From an uncultured Candidatus Saccharibacteria bacterium (GTDB lineage: Bacteria; Patescibacteriota; Minisyncoccia; Phycocordibacterales; UBA918), in NCBI GenBank assembly GCA_964350735.1, contig CAYGKO010000002.1:26134-90133 (forward strand): DNA of 64,000 bases. Direction: 5' to 3'. The notes beneath the pieces were generated by a model that saw only the letters and a list, made by a program, of their open reading frames with translations, was not told where the DNA came from and did no database searches. This document shows, piece by piece, positions 59,736 through 64,000 of the stretch. A program made the position numbers and the translations under genes. Position 1 is the stretch's first letter, and every line of letters begins with the position of its first letter.

Positions 59736-60305
59736 ATGTTAGAAAATAGAAATGAAAACGAGTTGGATGACATCGAGATGACTGGTGAAGATAACGTAGA
59801 TGAACCAGCTTTAGAACACATAGAAGAATTAGGACAAGACAAGTTAAAGGCATTACGAGAAAAATTAAAAGTTTGCGAGTCTGAAAAAATGCAGTATCTG
59901 GAAGATCTGCAACGAGCCAAGGCTGAATTTCTCAATAGTAAAAAGCGGGTTGAAGATCAACGAATACAAGATAAAGAGCGCGCTGTTGAAACGCAGATTG
60001 AGAAATTACTACCGTTGTGTGACAGCTTTGATATGGCAATGCAGAACACTGAAGCCTGGGAAGCAATTGATGCTAACTGGAGGAGTGGCATAGAAGGTAT
60101 CTACACGCAACTGATCAGCATTCTTGATAGTTACGGAGTCACAAAGCACAGTGAAATCAACGAAGCCTTTGACCCCGAGAAACACGAAGCTGTCGGCACA
60201 AAGGATTCAGACCAAGAGACTGACACCGTAACTGAAGTCTTACAGGCAGGATATAGTAGAAATGGAAACAATATCAGAGTAGCAAAAGTAATCTTAAGTA
60301 CATAA
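59736..60305 (+). CDS. grpE: nucleotide exchange factor GrpE
   Basis: Coiled-coil N-terminus and a GrpE C-domain. The canonical position precedes dnaK. Confidence 0.88.
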   Translation: MLENRNENELDDIEMTGEDNVDEPALEHIEELGQDKLKALREKLKVCESEKMQYLEDLQRAKAEFLNSKKRVEDQRIQDKERAVETQIEKLLPLCDSFDMAMQNTEAWEAIDANWRSGIEGIYTQLISILDSYGVTKHSEINEAFDPEKHEAVGTKDSDQETDTVTEVLQAGYSRNGNNIRVAKVILST

Positions 60306-60307
60306 AT

Positions 60308-62203
60308 ATGGCAAAAATTTTAGGAATTGACCTTGGAACTACAAACTCAGCGATGGCTATTATCGAAGCTGGAGAACCGGTTATTATTGAAAATAACGAA
60401 GGTAACCGAACCACTCCTTCAATTGTCGCTATCTCTAAGAAAGAAGAGCGCTTAGTGGGGCAAATTGCTAAACGACAGGCGGTGACTAATCCGACTAATA
60501 CCATTTATGGTATTAAGCGTTTCATGGGTCACACCTACGCAGACGAAGTAGTTCAGAAAGACAAAGATGTTGTACCGTACGAAATTAGCGCTGGGAAAGA
60601 TGGTGGGGTTGAAGTAAAAATGGGCGAAAAGAAATATCGTCCAGAAGAAGTATCGGCGATGATTCTCTCTAAAATGAAAGCCGATGCGGAAGCCAAAACT
60701 GGAGAGACTATCACCGAGGCAGTAATTACTGTTCCTGCGTACTTTAACGACAGCCAACGTAAGGCCACCCAAGACGCCGGTAAAATTGCTGGTCTGGATG
60801 TAAAACGTATTATCAACGAACCAACCGCTGCTGCGCTCTCATACGGATTTAACAAAAAGAAGGACGAAAAAATTGTCGTATATGACTTCGGTGGAGGAAC
60901 CTTTGACGTTACTGTACTTGAAGTGGGAGATGAAGTGGTAGAAGTGCAATCAACTGACGGTGACGCGCACATGGGTGGTCGTGACATTGACCAAGACATT
61001 GTGAAGTACTTGATCAGTGAATTTAAAAAGGAAGAGGGAATAGACCTCAGTAAAGACCCGCTCGCTCTACAGCGCCTCGACGATGAAGCCGAGAAAGCTA
61101 AGAAAGAACTATCAAGTTCTGGCGAAACTGAAATCAACATTCCGTTTATTGCCAATGTTGATGGTACTCCAAAAAATCTACTCATTACGCTCACACGCTC
61201 AAAACTAGAAGAGCTAGCGGCTGAATATATCGATCGTTCAGTTGAAATTACAAAGCGGGCGTTAGAAGCATCTCCGTTTAAAGCTAGTGAGATTGATGAA
61301 ATCATTCTCGTTGGTGGTCAGACGCGTATGCCAGCAGTTCAGGCAGCAGTAAAGGAACTCTTCGGTAAGGAGCCCAATAAAACAATCAATCCAGATGAAG
61401 TTGTAGCTCTTGGGGCTGCTATCCAGGCTGGGATTCTCCAGGGAGACGTTCAGGACATTACTCTAGTTGATGTAATCCCGTTGTCTCTTGGGATTGAAAC
61501 TATGGGTGGAGTAGCTACAAAGCTCATCGAAAAAAACTCACATATTCCAACCAAGAAAGAGCAAGTATTCTCAACCGCAGCTGACAATCAAACCTCAACT
61601 GAGATTCATATCACCCAAGGAGAACGTCCGATGGCAGCTGACAATAAATCTCTCGGTAAGTTTGTGCTCGATGGTATTCCACCAGCACCACGAGGTGTGC
61701 CCCAGATTGAAGTGCAGTTTGACGTCGACAGTAACGGTGTGCTCAATGTGACGGCGAAAGATAAATCTACTGGCAAGGAACAATCTATCCGAATTGAAGC
61801 TAATTCTGGTTTGACTGAAGAAGATATCGAAAAAATGAAATCAGATGCCGAAGCGCACGCAGACGAAGATAAGAAAAAACAAGAAATCATCGAAGTTCGC
61901 AATGTAGCTGATCAAATGATTTACACTGCTGAAAAGTCAGTTAAAGATCACGGGGAAGCCGCCGGCGAAGAAATCACAAAGAGTATCAATGAAAAAATCG
62001 CTGCTCTAAAAGAGGTTAAAGACCAAGACGATAAAGATGCTATCCAATCAGCCTCAGAAACACTTTCAACTGAGATGCAGAAAATTGGCGAAGTGATGCA
62101 AAAGGCTGCCGAAACCGAGGCGGCTCCAGCTAGTGACACACCGGTCGATGACAACGAAAATGTCCGAGATGCAGACGTAACTGAAGAAGAGAAAAAAGAC
62201 TAA
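60308..62203 (+). CDS. dnaK: molecular chaperone DnaK (Hsp70)
   Basis: [18 protein letters not shown] and the EKAKKELS motif. Full Hsp70 with an acidic C-terminus. Confidence 0.95.
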   Translation: MAKILGIDLGTTNSAMAIIEAGEPVIIENNEGNRTTPSIVAISKKEERLVGQIAKRQAVTNPTNTIYGIKRFMGHTYADEVVQKDKDVVPYEISAGKDGGVEVKMGEKKYRPEEVSAMILSKMKADAEAKTGETITEAVITVPAYFNDSQRKATQDAGKIAGLDVKRIINEPTAAALSYGFNKKKDEKIVVYDFGGGTFDVTVLEVGDEVVEVQSTDGDAHMGGRDIDQDIVKYLISEFKKEEGIDLSKDPLALQRLDDEAEKAKKELSSSGETEINIPFIANVDGTPKNLLITLTRSKLEELAAEYIDRSVEITKRALEASPFKASEIDEIILVGGQTRMPAVQAAVKELFGKEPNKTINPDEVVALGAAIQAGILQGDVQDITLVDVIPLSLGIETMGGVATKLIEKNSHIPTKKEQVFSTAADNQTSTEIHITQGERPMAADNKSLGKFVLDGIPPAPRGVPQIEVQFDVDSNGVLNVTAKDKSTGKEQSIRIEANSGLTEEDIEKMKSDAEAHADEDKKKQEIIEVRNVADQMIYTAEKSVKDHGEAAGEEITKSINEKIAALKEVKDQDDKDAIQSASETLSTEMQKIGEVMQKAAETEAAPASDTPVDDNENVRDADVTEEEKKD

Positions 62204-62218
62204 GTTAGAGATTCTGAC

Positions 62219-62246
62219 GGTGGAAAATCATATCTGATTTTCCACC
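62219..62246 (+). promoter_or_regulatory. hairpin between dnaK and dnaJ (ggtggaaaatca-tatc-tgattttccacc); partial terminator or attenuator
   Basis: Perfect 12-bp inverted repeat with no U-tract. Confidence 0.4.
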
Positions 62247-62273
62247 TTACAGAGCACTTAACGCTCAATCTAT

Positions 62274-63341
62274 ATGGCACAACGAGATTACTACGAAACC
62301 CTTGGCCTCCAAAAAGGAGCTGGGAAAGATGACGTGAAAAAGGCTTTTCGCAAGCTTGCTGCGCAGTATCACCCTGACAAAAAAACTGGTGATGAAGCTA
62401 AATTTAAAGAAATCAGTGAAGCCTATGCGGTATTGTCTGATGAAAAGAAAAAGGCTGAATATGATGCGTACGGACAGGCCTTTAATGGAGCTGGTGGTAG
62501 TGCTGGACAAGGTTTTGGTGGATTCGACTTTAACGGCTTCCAACAAGGTGCTGGCCAAGGATTTGAATTTGACATCAATGATATATTTGGCGAAATGTTT
62601 GGCGGTGGCGGACAACGACAAGCTCGAGGACGCGACATTTCTATCGATGTAGAACTGCCATTCAAGGACTCTATCCAGGGCACAGTTCGTAAGGTTCTCC
62701 TGACAAAGAATAACACTTGTGACGAATGTACTGGATCGGGTGCCAAGACTGGCACTGAAATGAAAACCTGCGATACTTGTAACGGAAATGGAAAAGTGCG
62801 GGAAACACGACAAAGTATCATGGGTAGTTTCCAGACAGTTCGTGAATGTAATACCTGTAACGGAACGGGGAAGATTCCAAAAGAACGTTGTGGTCATTGT
62901 GCTGGCATGGGAGTGCGTCGTAGTGAAGAAGAAATTGAGATCAACATTCCTGCCGGTATTCAACCTGGCGAAATGATTCGCATGACTGGTCGCGGAGAAG
63001 CGATTCCGGGTGGTACACCAGGCGATTTATACGTTAAAGTGCACGTGAAGGCCCACGACACCATTAACCGTGAAGGAGCTAACTTAGTCTCTCAATTGCC
63101 TGTTAAATTAACTGATGCCCTCCTCGGTAATACTTATTCAATAGAGACACTTGATGGCGCTGTCGAGCTCAAGATCCCCGCTGGCGTAAAGCACGGCGAA
63201 ATGCTCCGTATGAAAGGGAAGGGAGTGCCTCAAAACGGCCGACAGGGTGATTTCTTAGTAAAGATCCAAATTGAAACACCAGGGAAGCTCTCTAGAAAAG
63301 CCCGCAAGCTAGTGGAAGAGCTTAGAGAAGAAGGCATATAG
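62274..63341 (+). CDS. dnaJ: molecular chaperone DnaJ
   Basis: J-domain with HPD (YHPDKK), a G/F-rich region and four CxxCxGxG zinc-finger repeats. Confidence 0.92.
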   Translation: MAQRDYYETLGLQKGAGKDDVKKAFRKLAAQYHPDKKTGDEAKFKEISEAYAVLSDEKKKAEYDAYGQAFNGAGGSAGQGFGGFDFNGFQQGAGQGFEFDINDIFGEMFGGGGQRQARGRDISIDVELPFKDSIQGTVRKVLLTKNNTCDECTGSGAKTGTEMKTCDTCNGNGKVRETRQSIMGSFQTVRECNTCNGTGKIPKERCGHCAGMGVRRSEEEIEINIPAGIQPGEMIRMTGRGEAIPGGTPGDLYVKVHVKAHDTINREGANLVSQLPVKLTDALLGNTYSIETLDGAVELKIPAGVKHGEMLRMKGKGVPQNGRQGDFLVKIQIETPGKLSRKARKLVEELREEGI

Positions 63342-63348
63342 CGTTAAG

Positions 63349-63376
63349 AAATGATGTCCTTGCTGACATCATTTTA
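63349..63376 (+). terminator. rho-independent terminator (aaatgatgtc-cttgct-gacatcattt + TTTT)
   Basis: 10-bp stem with a short T-run, after dnaJ. Confidence 0.55.
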
Positions 63377-63510
63377 GCTATATGAGCCGGAGATATATTT
63401 TATTTCCTTTCCTAGAAATAAAATCATCGAGGCGGGACAGCAGATTCTTATGAGTACAATGAATTAGAAATCTGCGTTCAGCGCAAGAAATCGCACTTAA
63501 GTCCAAACTA

Positions 63511-63927
63511 ATGCCGTATCAAAACACACAATTTGACTTTGGGGATGCCAGGCAGCCTCAGAGTCTTTTTGTATTACATGAAAAAATTATCGAAGATCGG
63601 GGAAGTAAATACTCAGTGAGTATTGGTAGGGTTGAGAACAAGGATGACATCAAACAATTCCTCAAAACTCTCAAGCAAAATAAAAAATACGCCAAAGCCA
63701 CCCATAACTCCTGGGCAGTACGCATTGCACGTGAAGGCACCATCTATGAAAGTAAATCCGACGATGGAGAGACCGGAGCTGGCATCGTGATACTGCGGGT
63801 ACTACAAAAAACCGATGTGTCTAACTGCATTATCTGTGTGACAAGATGGTTTGGAGGAGTGAAGCTAATGGGAGATCGATTCAAACATATCCAAGACGCT
63901 TCTCAATATGCAATCGATAAGATCTGA
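63511..63927 (+). CDS. IMPACT/YigZ-family protein (UPF0029 N-terminal domain only)
   Basis: The KATHNSWAVRIAREG...SDDGETGAGIVILRVL...CVTRWFGGVKLMGDRF pattern of the YigZ N-domain. Confidence 0.7.
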   Translation: MPYQNTQFDFGDARQPQSLFVLHEKIIEDRGSKYSVSIGRVENKDDIKQFLKTLKQNKKYAKATHNSWAVRIAREGTIYESKSDDGETGAGIVILRVLQKTDVSNCIICVTRWFGGVKLMGDRFKHIQDASQYAIDKI

Positions 63928-64000
63928 TCTTGGCTTGATAAACCTAAAATAATCAGTATAGTAATAAATGGCATTAACCCTTTCAAGGAGGTCGCTGTCA

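Noticed and set aside
56005-62963. Minus-strand ORFs antisense to the r-protein, rpoA, dnaK and dnaJ genes (56005..56541, 57805..58368, 60553..61305, 61606..62154, 62265..62963)
   Set aside because: Shadow ORFs opposite strongly conserved genes. Their compositions (Ser/Ala/Thr-rich) reflect the antisense of GC3-biased codons.

Overview
This 64 kb window is a dense, almost entirely plus-strand block of housekeeping genes from a small-genome bacterium. The only minus-strand features are a two-gene RND efflux operon, one small gene and a tRNA-Ala. Several core proteins are truncated (UvrC without HhH, AlaRS without C-Ala, short ATP synthase delta and epsilon, Cys-less L36) and intergenic spacers are short. 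I infer a CPR/Patescibacteria-like organism from this; I did not compute it. No CRISPR array, transposase, integrase or reverse transcriptase was found.

Recognisable content, in order:
- AI-2E transporter, CapA, FKBP and tgt.
- uvrB, then a REC-only response regulator, a 990-aa two-TM surface protein and a sensor kinase, then uvrA, two unknown ORFs and a short uvrC.
- A truncated nucleotide-sugar dehydrogenase, Ddl-like ligase, pterin dehydratase and tRNA-Ala(UGC) on the minus strand.
- A complete F1Fo ATP synthase operon, atpB-E-F-H-A-G-D-C, interrupted by two AT-rich small membrane-protein genes.
- A convergent RND permease plus adaptor pair, then ychF and leuS.
- A sigma70-region-4/HARE-HTH protein, mltG and mnmA.
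- An ATP-cone/REase-like nuclease, a Cas4-like nuclease, MGMT, a SpoT-type HD hydrolase and pepF.
- alaS, an actin-fold ATPase with a bitopic membrane partner.
- infA-rpmJ-rpsM-rpsK-rpsD-rpoA-rplQ-rplM-rpsI, then grpE-dnaK-dnaJ and a YigZ/IMPACT-like gene.

The strongest unusual signals are:
- a Nudix-hydrolase-like domain inserted inside leucyl-tRNA synthetase;
- a protein combining sigma-70 region 4 with a HARE-HTH;
- an ATP-cone fused to a PD-(D/E)xK nuclease, sitting in a small DNA-maintenance cluster;
- a two-component operon wrapped around a giant lysine-tailed surface protein, lodged between uvrB and uvrA;
- uncharacterised ORFs translationally coupled to uvrA;
- candidate structured RNAs upstream of ychF and between rpsI and grpE.
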